From: Octopus sinensis
Lineage: Eukaryota
DNA: 64,000 nucleotides
NCBI RefSeq assembly: GCF_006345805.1
Contig: NC_042999.1
Coordinates: 84,816,001 to 84,880,000 of the forward strand
Reading direction: 5' to 3'
A program made the translations under genes and the position numbers. The notes beneath the pieces are model-generated. The model was not told the origin of the DNA and made no database searches. It saw only the letters and a list, made by a program, of their open reading frames with translations. Positions 41,005 through 53,983 of this stretch are shown here, one piece after another (the first letter of the stretch is position 1; every line of letters begins with the position of its first letter).

Positions 41005-41380
41005 TATTGTTGTATTTCGGAATGGTCATTTTGCCAGTTTAGCCAATAAAAAGACACGCACAATATATTTGCTGTTACTTTGCTTCAGTGCTATTTATTT
41101 TTTACATTAATCTTAATCTTATTTCGGCTAGATTTCTTTCGTCACACTCCTGTGACCGCATCAGCGGTCCTTTGCTTTCTTCTTTCTTACTAACCGTCAG
41201 CCATTTCGTATTTCTATTGTATGCGTCTTCATTTGCGCATGCGTATATCTCTATGTGCGTCTGTTTAGTTAGTGTGTGTGGGGGAAAATGCCTGTAATAT
41301 TTGTATCTTCTGTTTATATACGTTCGCGTAATTTGTTTTTGTTTTGTTTATTCTTATTTTGTTCATGTGTTTACACCCAC

Positions 41381-41427
<47 letters not shown>

Positions 41428-41974
41428 TTATGATTATTATTATCATTATCATTATTATTATTATTACGTATGTTTGTATGCATGTATGTATAACAACAAT
41501 ACTAGTAATAATAAATAAATAAATAAATAAATAAATAAAAACTAAAACATTTTAAAAGAATTTTTAAATTTTAAAAATATTAAAATTCAAAAAAATGTAT
41601 ATAGTTATTTACTTCTATTTGTTTATTTATCTGTGTATTTTATTTTATTATGTTTTCAGTTTTGTTTATATTGAAACCAGTTTATGGGGATCCTCTTCTG
41701 TCATATGTTGTGGTGTGTGCTAGTGTTCCATTCCAGTTTCCTATTCAGGCTAGGTTTATCTTCTATTTTGTGTGTAGCTTCCGTAATTTGGGAGACACAC
41801 AAATAAGAAAGAAGAAAGCAAAGGACTACTGACGCGGTCACAGGAGTGTGACGAAAGAACTCTAGCCGAAATAAGATTAAGATTAATGTAAAAAATAAAT
41901 AAAACTGAAGCAAAGTAACACCAAATATATTATTGGTTAAACTGGCAAAATGACCATTCCGAAATACAACAATA
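41005..41974. mobile_element. Non-coding element with long terminal inverted repeats (MITE/fold-back-like)
   Basis: 41007-41189 and 41804-41972 are reverse complements with few mismatches and one 13-bp indel. TA at both outer ends. (ATT)n inside. Confidence 0.75.
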
Positions 41975-42208
41975 TATATATATATATTAATTAGAAACAA
42001 AAACACCTTTTATCAATTCAAAATGAACAATTAAATTACACCATCTAGAAAATTACATATAATAGAAATATTAAATATAAAATAACAATAATATATCAAT
42101 GATTAAGCAAATTGCAAAATAATATGTAATACGTATATATTTGGTAGAATATTATTATACATATTATTATCATTATATATACATATATATTCTATATATA
42201 TATATATA

Positions 42209-42242
<34 letters not shown>

Positions 42243-42264
42243 CATACATACATACATACATACA

Positions 42265-42296
<32 letters not shown>

Positions 42297-43149
42297 AAAT
42301 GCCTACGGTTATAGACAGAGAGAGAGGGAGAAAGAGAGATGCATACATACGTATGTATGTATAAAATATAAGTATAGATGTATCAAAACAGGAGATAGGA
42401 AAAACATTTGGTATTATTTATTCACCATTACACGTGCTTGGGTCGCTAATACGAGTTACAAAATGTTACATTTAGATGAAACACGTACGACATCTCCATT
42501 TAAAAATCATTCAGACAGATAATCAAATACGTATTATTTTATTCATTTGAGTCCATGTCTGAACAATTTCTAATAGGCGATATTTTATATATTTCTCCTA
42601 CATGCACAATTCTAAACCTGCTATTAACAAATCAAACACGTGTATAGGTGAATACAGAATGCCAAAAATGATTCCAACCTCTTGTCTTCATATGCAATAA
42701 CTCAGCAAATGCTATGTTCCAGTACTTTTCAACTCATGCATTTATGACACAAATATAACATCAACATACAATTTTGGAGTACTAGAAAAAGATGTGCGTC
42801 AAGCAGACACGGCTTTGATTATAAGACTATCTACATACTATATAGTGATTTATATACGTAAAATGACGTATTTTTGCTCAAGGGTACAACACGTAGCCGG
42901 TCTGGGAATCGAAACTCACAATCATGAGTGTAACTAGGCCACGCGCTGTCAAACCGTATATATATATAAAAAACATAACACATATATATATGATATATAT
43001 TGGGTGTGTATAAATATATTCACAATGTATGTATGTCCTGTATGATATCATTCAGTTTCATTTCTAGATTTCTCGCCCATTGAAAAAGACCAGGTTTCTA
43101 ACTTAGATCCAGAACACCTTCCTTGGAATTTCAACACCATCAATGATGT

Positions 43150-43480
43150 ATTTGTACATGTATGTGCATATGCGCAGTATTTTGAGTTAGTCTATGTGCA
43201 GATTTGTATGTTTCGTTTTATGTATGTATTCTCATGCATATAGTTGCATGTTTAGACATGGACATATATACTTAAACGACAAACTTCTGGAAAATGTTAC
43301 AGATTTTTACAATTCCTGTGATGGTTTCTATCTGTAGACTTCCGATCAGTTTTCTCCTTTCTGCTTTTGAGAAGCCTAATTTCTGAAGATTGGTACTTAG
43401 GCAGTGTGTTACATATCCTTTGGACCCCAATATTTACAGGTATAAACTTGAACATGTAATCGGGGTAGAGTAACTGTAAG
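43150..43480 (-). mobile_element. RLE-type non-LTR retrotransposon 3' end (NeSL/CRE/HERO-like, clade uncertain) adjacent to (TATG)n
   Basis: LQLLYPDYMFKFIPVNIG/GYVTHCLSTNLQKLGFSKAERRKLIGSLQIETITGIVKICNIFQKFVV* (stop 43272-43274). The PVxIGxLG-type C-terminus is typical of RLE LINEs but differs from the Dong copies here. Confidence 0.65.
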
Positions 43481-43548
43481 TATGTATGTATGTATGTATG
43501 TATGTATGTATGTATGTATGTATGTATGTATGTATGTATGTATGTATA
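43481..43548. repeat. (TATG)n microsatellite
   Basis: Direct reading. Confidence 0.95.
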
Positions 43549-44464
43549 CATGTTTGTACATGAGTGCATAATCAGGTGTGTGAATCAGTATTTGTATCTG
43601 TGGATTTGTTCAGCCGAAACTAAATCGGAATCGCTCCCCTGATATTTACAAGATGAGAAAAGCTTTACATCGATCATTCTGCCTGTAGTTCTCATTAAAG
43701 GGTACGTAATAACTACAAATATGGCGAAAGGTTAAAGGTAAATCTCAATCACTCGATTAGGCATGCTTATGTTGCAGGACATTCGTACGTAACTTCCTTA
43801 TCATTCACTTAACTTCTGTTTGAGTAACAACAAAAATTAGAAGGCACTCCCGAACTCCAGTAGTTTTGTGCAACATTTTCTACCCAGAGTAACCTTACAA
43901 CCCAGAGTGAACTTTCAACCGGCGATAGTTGCCCATTTTTGCATTCAGTTATAGTTCAATTCATTTCTATTTTCCATGCCTACTTTCATATTTCATGTTC
44001 AGTACATCTCAAATAATTACCCATTCATTTACTTACCCATTCATCATTCTACACATTTTGCATTCCCATATCCAGCTGCTTCATATTATGCTAGTAATCA
44101 CACAAACTCCCTTTCAATCATCATTAGTCATTTACAGCTTTTGTTGTTTATTTCACTCACTTGAGATATACCTCTTTCATTTTCTCATCAAAATCACGTC
44201 AAAGCTTGGCAGTTAAAATCCTGAGAAATCCTTGTTGACCAATATGAAAGCATATCCGTTTTTCCTATTGTTCCTGTTCACTGGCTGCTAGAGTAATAGA
44301 CAAAGTTTGAGGCATTGAATATCATACGAAACGAAGGAACTGAAACAGCTCTGGTTCCTGCTCTGACTGAATAGATAATACACGCTTCTCCTGTATTGAG
44401 TACTGTTAATGCTGTTCGTCACAGCTAACGTGTACGTGTGTACATATAGATGTCAGTAATTAAA

Positions 44465-44503
44465 TAGATAGAAAGACAGACAGCTAGATCGATCGATAGA
44501 TAA

Positions 44504-44579
<76 letters not shown>

Positions 44580-44622
44580 ATGGATGGATGGATGGATGGA
44601 TAGATAGATAGATAGATAGATA
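44465..44622. repeat. Compound (GATA)n-(GATG)n-(GATA)n microsatellite
   Basis: Direct reading. Confidence 0.95.
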
Positions 44623-44998
44623 TGTTTCTTTATTAGCCACACAGGCTGCACACACATAGAACAAATTACAAGGTAGAGCTTTTCTTTTGATGGTTTAAAA
44701 AAAAAGAAAAAAAAAGGAAAGGGGGAGTTTCGATCAAAAGGGATCGTAAAAGGAGAGAAAGAGGACAAAAAGGGGGGGTTAAAAAAAGGGGGAGAGGAAA
44801 AAAATTGATCAATAGGGATCGTTATCACAGGAATGTCAATATGAAGTGTAAGGGGAGGACAGGTGAGGTTTACCCGTGGAAAGAAAAGCCTACGGAAAAG
44901 ACCACGGTAACCTCGGTCAATGAAGTCACATTTTATATTTCTTTTTTTTTTTTTTTTTTTTTTTGCAAATAGCAAATCTCTGTTTTCAATTTCTGGGT

Positions 44999-47900
44999 TC
45001 ATAGGATTATGCTCAAGGTGGCTTCGTCATTCATACGTGCCATTCTTGCTACATTCACCCATCTTTTTTTAAAACATTCGCTAGACAAAACTTGCCTCTC
45101 TACTCTCACTTTCCTTTTCAAGTGGTACTTGAAGAAGTTGATGAGAGATTGACCAGAGAGGAAAGTGTTTGTCTCCAATCCTTTCAGACGCGTCCACCAG
45201 ATACATTCTTTCGCCATAGCCACAAGGATGATGAAAATAGCTCTTCCTTCCCGTTTGAAGGAAGGAGGCGTGACAATATTGACGATAGACTCAGCTGATA
45301 AACCGACTCGTCCCACACGTGACAGCAGTTGTTCGACATAAGCCCACAGGTCGGAAATTGTTGGACACTGAACGAGTGCGTGCAGAACGGTTTCGTCGCT
45401 CTGACCGCATCTCGGGCAGGTCGGCCCCGTGTTTCTCGAGCCGTGTCTGTAGAGCTTATCCCGAACGGGTAGCGCTTCTCGGTAGCACTGCCAGGCCAGG
45501 GATCTCTGGAAGTTGTCCATGGGCCCTGGCCCGAAAGTCGTCCTGAACAGGCGGGTCAGGTACTCCTCGTCGACGTCCAGGTTCGCCCTGAGCTCGTCGT
45601 CGTACCTCCCCTCCACTAAACCCCTATAGAATGCTTTGGTTGTGTTGAAGTCACTAAGGTCGACCCAGGACGGCAGAGTTGCTTGAGAGCAACGCGACAC
45701 TCGCGGTGACATTCCCCTTCCTCGGCCTCTTCTTGATCACGACTGCAGTTCGGTCATGGAGACGAGCTGCGGGAAAGCGTGCCTCACAAACGGCGACCAC
45801 ACCTGTTCACCGTCGTCTACATAGAGCTAGAGATGTCGCAGTCTCAGCGCGTATCTGCGCATCATCAACCACGGCATGCCCAGCCCTCCTTTTAAGGGTG
45901 TGTTGACAGCAAATGGATCGCCTGACCATCGGGACGCATCCTTTCCACAAGAAGCGAAAGAGAATGCGTTGTAGTTTGGTGATGGTAGGGTCGGGACAAG
46001 GACGACGGTCAGTGCAGGCGGTAGTAGATGACGGACGCGATGTACGTGTTCGCCACCTCCGCTCGGCCTTTTAGGGACAGTTTCCTCTCGGCCCATTGCC
46101 GGGCGAGAGTGACCACCCTACTCGTTATCTCGTTCCAGTTCTTCTCCACTTGGAGGTCCGGACCAAACCAGACCCCGAGCAACTCACCGGGCCGTCGGTC
46201 CAGCGTCCACACGACGGAGGCGCTGGCGGACGGCATGGGCTTGCTTCTCCAGGTGCCTAGTCGCAAGCCCACTGACTTTTCCCGGTTGATTTTCGCTCCT
46301 GTCACCGCTTCGTAGTTTTTCAGTGTCTCGCCGACCAGCTCGATGTGCTCGTGGCTAGACACTATGACGGTGACGTCGTCCGCGTATGCAGACACGCTCG
46401 TCCCGCATCCCAATTCTCGCGGGATGCCCCTTAGAGTCGCCAGCTTCCGCAGTAGTGGCTCAAGAGTCAATACGTATAGAAGCGCCGAGAGGGGGCATCC
46501 CTGACGGACCGAACGTGCAATGTCGAAAGGTTTCGATAGATGTCCATTTACGCGAATTACCGAACGGATGCCTCTGTACAAGGCAGCTATCCAGCCGCGG
46601 AAGACGGGACCGAAACCAGCCGCTCTCAGGACTGCCTCCAAGTATCGATGGTCTACCCAATCAAAGGCTTTCGATTGATCCAAGTTGATCAGGGCCCCAC
46701 CCATGCCAGGTTCGTTAACTACCCTGTCTATGATGTAGCGCATCAGATGGAGGTTGTCATGGATGGTCCGGCCTGGCACGGCGCACGTTTGCGCCTTGTC
46801 GACCAGTTTCTCGATGACAAGCGCCAACCTCTTGGCTAGCACCTTGCCAAAATTTTCAAGTCTGCATTAAGCAGAGTGATGGGCCTAAAGTTATCTATTA
46901 CATTTCCCTTGTTTAGATCTTTCTTCAGCAGTGTTACGGCTCCTCGGCTCACAAAACCAGGAATGCTCCCGTTTTGCTGCCAGTTGCAGTACACCGCCGC
47001 CAAGAGATCTCCAAACAAGTCTGGCATACAATTGTAAAGCTCGTAGGGTAGACCATCCAAACCCGGTGATTTGTCCCTCGAGCATTCTGCCATCGCTTCC
47101 TGCACTTCCGCCGCCGTGATGGCACCTTCGCAGCACCCTGCCTTTCTTGTCGAGAGTCGTGGTAGGCTATGTAGGTAGGCACTGAAGTCCACCCTACGTT
47201 CTTGCCCTCCACTCGTTCCGAACAGTCGGGCAAAATGCTGCTGAAAGGCCTCGCACATTTTACTTGGCTCGAGCAATTCGCGCCCCTGTTCATCTAACAG
47301 GGCCTCTCTCGCGGCTCCAACACCTTCGTTCCTTAGAGCACGCATCCTAGCTCTGACAGCACATCCTTCGTGTTTGGCGTTGAAGTGTTGGTCGAGGGCC
47401 AACCTCGCCGCCAAAACGTCGGATGCGATGCCGCTTCTAATTGCCTCTTCTAGCTTCTTAACTAGCTCACCCTCTACTCTATTTCTATCTATGGCTAGTG
47501 CTTTGCTGTACCTAATCGCTTCTGCTTTTACTGCTCTCTTGAGGGCAAACCACCATTTGTTGTTGATGATGGCTCCCGTCAAAGCCCTCTTTACTAGTGT
47601 GCTACCGGTCTCTGAAAACCGTCTCGATGGGAAAGACGCGTTTAGTTTCCAGTATCCGGGACCCTGCCTAAATGTCTTACCTAAGTCTAGCGTACATGTC
47701 ACAAGTTTGTGATCCGTGTAGCTGACTATGTGGAATTGTGGTCATCCTATGCTATCTCTATCTACTGTCCTACACAGTATCCTATCTAGATACGATCTCG
47801 ACGACCCGATGCGGTTGCTCCATGTCCACGTTGGCGCATTCGGGTGGTCTAATCGGAACCTGTCAGACAGTTGAAAGCGTCTGAGCAGGTCTCTGAGGCA

Positions 47901-48389
47901 TTTGCATCCCCGTCTATTCCTATCTCTACCCAGGTAGTCTACATGCGTGTCCAAGGTAGCATTCCAATCCCCCACTAAGAGTAAAGGACGAGACATTCCC
48001 AAGAATACTTCTAGACGTTGAAAGAAATCCGCCCGACCTGTTAAGGGCGGTGCGTAAACTGATACGAGTCGAAAAGCGCACCCATTGCTGCCGTCGACAT
48101 CCAGGACGACCAGTCTACCCTCCGGGTCTACGAATATTCTCCTTACTTTGAGATCCAGATTCTTGTGAAAAAGCACCGCGGTGCCACTACCGCCCATTCT
48201 CGGCAGACAGGGGGAAAAATAAATGTTGAACTGTCCGCCAAACATGGTCTTTAGGGGCCGCGGATTGTGGAGTCTGGTCTCACTTATGGCTATGATTTCT
48301 AACTTATGTGACTTTATGTCATTTAAGAGATACCCTTGTTTCCAAGGGGACCCCAAGCCACGCGCATTTACACAACCAATCTTGATCAT
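44999..48389 (-). pseudogene. LINE ORF2: APE endonuclease + reverse transcriptase + zf-RVT, disrupted
   Basis: Endonuclease motifs CVNARGL, ISETRL, LVGDWNA, SYLDRIL, TDHKLV. RT motifs SPGLDGLP, NFRPITLLNADLKI, LDQSKAFD, VRQGCPLSALLY, AYADDVTV. C-terminal CPRC..ETVLHALVQC. In-frame TGA at 47742-47744, a frameshift near 46845, a 5-bp insertion near 46012 and several other 1-bp indels. Confidence 0.92.
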
Positions 48390-48420
48390 AGTTCTAATGA
48401 ATTAGAATACAGAGGGTTAC

Positions 48421-50581
48421 TTACTGCTCGAAAGTTTTTGCTTTCTCCTCCGTTGGTTTGTCCTCGAGAAGATCCCAGTACAGTTTCTTTGTGAGATATT
48501 TTTGGCATTTACCAACCGCACTGGGGAAAATGCTTTGAGTGTGTGGTGCAGACTTTTGGAGATGTGTAATATTTTGATGTGGTCTGGTGGTGTTGTGTAT
48601 GGGTGATTGTTTGTTTTTATGCCATCTTCTGTTATGTTTGTTTTTGATTGGATGTATTCCATCAAATTTGTGTTTTTGGTGTCTATGGCTGTGAGCATGT
48701 TTGCTGTATATGTTTTTTGTGGTGTTGGTGTGGCTGTTGTTTGCGTTGGGTTTTGGAAATGTCTTCGGGAGATGTATTTCCCCCTGCTTTGTTCGTGTTT
48801 GCATTTGGTTTGGTTGTGTTTCTGCTCTTTATTTTCCTTCTTTTTGTAGCTATTTGCCATTCCTCACTGGTTTCGTCTTCCGACAAAATTTCTGAGGAAT
48901 CAGAAGGGGTAGGGGTATGTTGTGGGCTTCTATGTATGTCTGGTAAGTGGTTGTGTTGTTGTTTTCGTTGTTGTTGGTAGTTGAGTATTTGTGTGTGTTG
49001 AGTGCGGTATAAGGGATGGGGGATCAGTTTGTGTGTGTTTTCTTTGTTTTTCTGTTCCTTGGGTTTTGCTGTTGTTCTTGGTGTTGGAATTGGTTTATTT
49101 GTTGTTGGTGGTGATGATTCTGTTCTTGACGCTGGTGTTGGGTGTGTTTGGTTGGGTTGGCTTGTTCTTTGTTGTTTTTCCTGCATTTCCGCATACAGCT
49201 TCTTGACTAGCTGTCCATATTGTGGTGTGGGCAATATCCTGGCTTTTGTGATTTTTTCCTGTGGCTGTTGTTGTTGTTGTAATTTTGCGGCAGATTTGCA
49301 CTCCTTTTTGAGGTGTGCCTCACTGCCACATTTATAGCATCGTGGCCTTCTGCCCTCGACTACTACGTATAACTTGCGGCCATCCTCAGATGTACGTGGG
49401 TGGGGATTTTATTTATGTCCTCTTGACTTATGTGGAAGAGGACTCTATTCTCTTTCCCAGCCAGTCCTTGTTTTCCGAAACAACCCGATATCTAGGATGT
49501 TTAAGTCCTCCATTTCGGATGTTAAGGCGGATGTTATCCACAGTGTTGTAGTCACTTGGGGGACACCACTGATAATGACTTTCGTCACCTTCTGGCCGAG
49601 GTAACTCGGTGTCAACGTTAGTTCATCAGAATGAAGGGTTATCGTTGAGAATTTCTTCGCCAACTCTTCATTCTGAAAAACCACCTGTACGTGTGCGAAC
49701 TTGTTCGCCCAAGTCACACAATCCTTGTATCCCCAGATGGGGCGTAGCACTTTTCGACTTTGTCTGTGCTCGCCTTTTCTGGACTTTTAGTTTTTATTTG
49801 TGATTTTATATACAATTGTCTTTTTTTTCTCCTCATTCAGTATGTGCTGAGGTATGTGTAAGAGTATTTTTCCGTTTTCATTTGTAATAAGGTTTCTGCA
49901 ATCTTAATCTGTTGTGTAGTAACCGAAACTTTTGTTACCTTTTCTTTATCGCCTCGGCGAAGTTTGTTGTTGTTTTGTTATTGTTGTTACTGCCGGTGGT
50001 GTTGTGTTGATGGCAGGGGTATGGGTTGTAGTTTGTGGTTGCTGATTATGCAACTAGCAAGGGGTGGAAAATTGCCTGCGTAATTTAGTCCTGCATTAGC
50101 GCAAATTTCGGCATTTCGTTTGCTTGTCGTCGTTATTTTTTTCACTTGTTGGTGATGGAGTGAGCAGTGGTTGAAGGGAATTGTTGTTGTCGTCGTCGTT
50201 GTTGTTGTTGTTTGTTGTTATTGTCGTTCTTGGTGACGGCGGTGGTGTTAGTAGTATTAGTAGCATTGACGGCACGGTCTTGTTGGCGCGGTGTGATGGT
50301 TGTGTTGGTGTTGGTATTGTTATTGGTGGCGATGTCTTTAGTAGGGATAGTAGTTTTAGTAGCAGATTCTGCCATGGTGTTGTTGTCGGTGTTGGTGTGT
50401 GAACTTACTGATGGTGTTGACGGTGCTTGGCCTTGCGACCTTTGTTTTGTATTTGTTTGCTGTTGTCGATGTTGATGGTGGTGTTGTCGTCAGGTTCAGC
50501 GTATGCTAACAGAGCATCCTGTTTTTCTGTCTCTGCTTCACGCTTGACTTGCACCTCATCCTCGGGTGACCAGTAGGCCAT
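48421..50581 (-). pseudogene. LINE ORF1 (gag-like, CCHC zinc knuckle, Thr/Asn/Gln-rich linkers), frameshifted
   Basis: ATG at 50581 (MAYWSPEDE). RRM-like segment KFAHVQVVFQNEELAKKF. Zinc knuckle CYKCGSEAHLKKEC at 49298-49339. Last segment stops at 48421, 31 nt before the ORF2 ATG. Confidence 0.8.
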
Positions 50582-50800
50582 TTTGGAAATAAAATGGCTA
50601 AATGAAACCACGAAGGCTATGAGAATTTTTTCTTTTAATTTTGCCCACAAGGGGCAAACTTTTGTGTAGATATTTATCAAGGTTTGCAGTGGATGTTGTT
50701 GCACAACTTTTAAACACAACCAATATTTTTCAACTACACTTTTGAACGTATAAAAATACCAACTTACGTGGAGCCCATTTGACTTGCGTCTGTCTGTCCA

Positions 50801-50813
50801 GAGAGATAGATAG

Positions 50814-50868
<55 letters not shown>

Positions 50869-50949
50869 AGTAGATAGATAAGATGAGATGGATGAGATGG
50901 ATGGATGGATGGATAGATAGATAGATAGATAGATAGAAGATAGTAGATA

Positions 50950-50983
<34 letters not shown>

Positions 50984-50985
50984 GA
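50801..50985. repeat. Compound (GATA)n-(GATG)n-(GATA)n microsatellite
   Basis: Direct reading. Confidence 0.95.
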
Positions 50986-51547
50986 TATAATATGTTACGT
51001 GGACAATGTGGAAACAAAGTATTTTATACACTGCCTAGATAGTCAATAGCGTTTCTAACATTTTTAGATTAAGTATAATAGACAAAAGACACGACAAAAT
51101 TTCATTAACAATCTACTACTAAAAGTAAACTAATAATATTCTGATAAACATTGCATCACTTTTGTCTCCCCTTCATTGCACCTGTCTAAACTTGAATGTC
51201 ATGATGACTTGCATTTAACTAATACATGCATTGCGTTTCACAAGTCATTGCCTAATAACCATACGTTGTAGTGTTCTAGTTGACCAGAGTGACATTTATC
51301 TACTCATCGAGGTATCTTGCACACCCGATAGCAAAAGGAAGGGGGGAAAAGAAAACTGCGATGTGGAGTAAAGTTGTTTAAAATTTTTTGTCGTCCTCAA
51401 CCGATAGAAATCGTCCGTGCTATTTAATATCATGGGCAAAATATTGCGAGTGTTGCCATGTTTTTCACCAGGAATTGTAAAACGAGCAGCATACTTAAGC
51501 ATCGTGCAAAGCAAGAAGGGAACTCATTTCAATTGTTTTGCCAATTA

Positions 51548-52397
51548 TACGATGTGGTATCAAAAAGTTCCCGGACTAGTTCTGTAGTGAGGCAACGGAT
51601 GACAACACACAATTGCGTGTGCAGTGATGGCTAGCAATGACCTTCAAGAGGCAGTGTACCGAGTGACATTGTTGTGCTTACTTCGTAAGTTGTGGAATTT
51701 CTATTTTTGTGATTACGTGTATGTTGCGATTTTTGTCATGGAGAGGAAGCTGGAACAAAGAACCAGCGTGAGACTTTGCGTTAAACTTGGGAAGTCTTCT
51801 CCAGAGACATTGAGCATGCGTCGTCGAGGTTACGGCAACGAGGTAATGGGTCGTGCGCAATGTTTCGAGTGGCACGGGTGCACGACAGAATCGCAGCTGA
51901 ATCGAGAGTATGCGCATCGCCTTTTCGACTAATATGGTATTTTTCCATCGATAATTCGCCGCCCAGGGCCAGACCGTCAATCGAGTTCTACTGCAACGTT
52001 TGGAAGCGTTTGAGGAAGGACATTCAGTGAAAGTGACCGGAATTGTGGAGTCCGAAGAATTGAGAATTGAATTCTTCACGATGACAATGCCCCCTGTCAC
52101 CAAGCTCTCCTCACTCGTGAGTTTCTTGCCAAAAACAACATGGTATTGCTTCTACAACCGCCCTGTTTGTCAAGTTTAGTACATGCAGACTTCCAACTCT
52201 TTCCCAAGATGAAAATAAAGCTCAATGGTTGCCATTTTATCACTTCAAGGCTGGATTCCAAAAGTGACAGGAACGCAGGAACCAGTGTATTGCTGCGAAA
52301 AGTAACTATTTCGAAGGAGATGATGCTAAAACTTCGGTAACGAAGTTATTTTTCATTAAGCATAACTAGTCCGAGACCTCTTTTATACCATCCCATA
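51548..52397 (+). mobile_element. Internally deleted mariner transposon
   Basis: TA ends with imperfect ~32 bp TIRs (TACGATGTGGTATCAAAAAGTTCCCGGACTAGTT). N-terminus MERKLEQRTSVRLCVKLGKS..YGNEVMGRAQCFEWH, then GQTVN, HDDNAP and ADFQLFPKMKIKLNG catalytic-domain remnants. Confidence 0.85.
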
Positions 52398-53602
52398 TGA
52401 GATCATTTTTTTAATAAACTACATTGTGAGCTGAATTTCTCTTGACTAAAATTCACATGAACAGACGATATGGACATAGTTTCGACATCGATTAGCTTCA
52501 GTTGTAAATTTGGATCATATACAGCATGTGAAATATTTTGATGCAAATGTTTAGTCGGCCGATTCTCGGCTATTTACAGATATAGGTAATATAGGTGGTA
52601 TAGATCTCTCTTTTATGTAGATTTAGGAAGTGTAGATGACTGAGGTGGTAAATGTACAGATACCATAGATAAACGAGCAAAAACGTTGAAGTATTGATGT
52701 TAAAATCCTATGTTTCTCTTAATCTCGTGTAAGTCTTCCAAAATATCAAAATTTTATATTTTATATAAATTTGATGTGTTACACTAATCTTTCCTCCAAA
52801 GAGAGCCTCATGCAGGAACAGTTTCATACAATCATGATTGGTGTAATTTTTATCATTAACTGGATGAACAACCAGCAATCAATTGCTTGCCTTTCTCTTC
52901 CTAAATGTAAGCCAGGCATCATGTTTTTATAACCAGTTGCGCGTTTTGCTCTTCCTTGGATTTGAACCTGACGGAGGTGTTGCCTATAAAAGCAAGAAAC
53001 AACTTGATTAAAAACTTCTTGTGTCCTACCTAGTTATAAAACAGATGGTGCACCAATCATGGTAAAAAGTGTCAAGTTGCAGTCCACTACCACATCGTGC
53101 TTGGTTTTAAAGTCTTTAAAAACGATTGAATTTGTTAAGTAGCCTTTGTAGACATATACATTTTACGTTTACAAGCGGATGATCTTGAAAGTCAACGAGA
53201 ATTACCAAAGAGAATCAAATTCAGAGAAAATTTTCAGGTTAGCAATAATTGGCATCACTACTTGCTATATTGAACTAAACAACAATAAATCTTGCCAAGT
53301 TTTGTCAATTGCATAGCACAGTTATAAGAACAAGGATCAAATAGATGTAAACTATGGAATCAATTGTGTGTTCCCGTTTATTTTGATTGCAATATATAGA
53401 AGAAGAAAAAACGAAAAAGTTCACATAAAACTTGGGCATGTCATGTGACTAATTATTTAAACAAATTTACAGTATTTGTTATATATTGATTAGGAGTTCA
53501 ATTCACAACAAATCTTCGTTTGCTGGCTTTATAAGCTTGGGCTTCTGTTACACAACCGTTACGTCATCATGTTTATTTGAGAGGAGGTATCTTTTTCATA
53601 GT

Positions 53603-53983
53603 GGAGGCGCGATGGCCCAGTGGTTAGGGCAGCGGACTCGCGGTCGTAGGATCGCGGTTTCGATTCCCAGACCGGGCATTGTGAGTGTTTATTGAGCGAA
53701 AACACCTAAAGCTTCACGAGGCTCCTGCAGGGGGTGGTGGTGAACCTTGCTGTACTCTTTCACCACAACTTTCTCTCACTCTTTCTTCCTGTTTCTGTTG
53801 TACCTGTATTTCAAAGGGCCAGCCTTGTCACACTCTGTGTCACGCTGAATCTCCTCGAGAACTACGTTAAGGGTACACGTGTCTGTGGAGTGCTCAGCCA
53901 CTTGCACGTTAATTCCACGAGCAAGCTGTTCCGTTGATCGTATCAGCTGGGACCCTCATCGTCGTAACCGACGGAGTGCTCCT
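53603..53983 (+). mobile_element. tRNA-derived SINE type C, well preserved
   Basis: A-box TGGCCCAGTGG and B-box GGTTTCGATTCCC in a tRNA-like head, followed by a ~300 bp non-tRNA body. No 3' acceptor stem. A degenerate related head lies at 42872-42950 (-). Confidence 0.75.

Larger units (their letters stand above)
44623..50800 (-). mobile_element. Apparently full-length L1/Tx1-clade LINE (~6.2 kb) inserted in (GATA)n
   Basis: About 220 bp 5'UTR with a TTTGCCC/GGGCAAA hairpin (50640-50658), ORF1, ORF2, and a ~375 bp 3'UTR ending in AATAAAGAAAC. (GATA)n in the same orientation at both ends. Confidence 0.93.

Noticed and set aside
50740-50800. HDV-like ribozyme or U2 snRNA fragment at the Tx1 5' end
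   Set aside because: CTCCACGT lacks a pairing P3 stem, and the AAGTGTAGT similarity to U2 is only 9 nt.
53603-53680. Genuine tRNA gene
   Set aside because: A and B boxes are present, but there is no acceptor-stem pairing or oligo-T terminator, and it continues into a SINE body.
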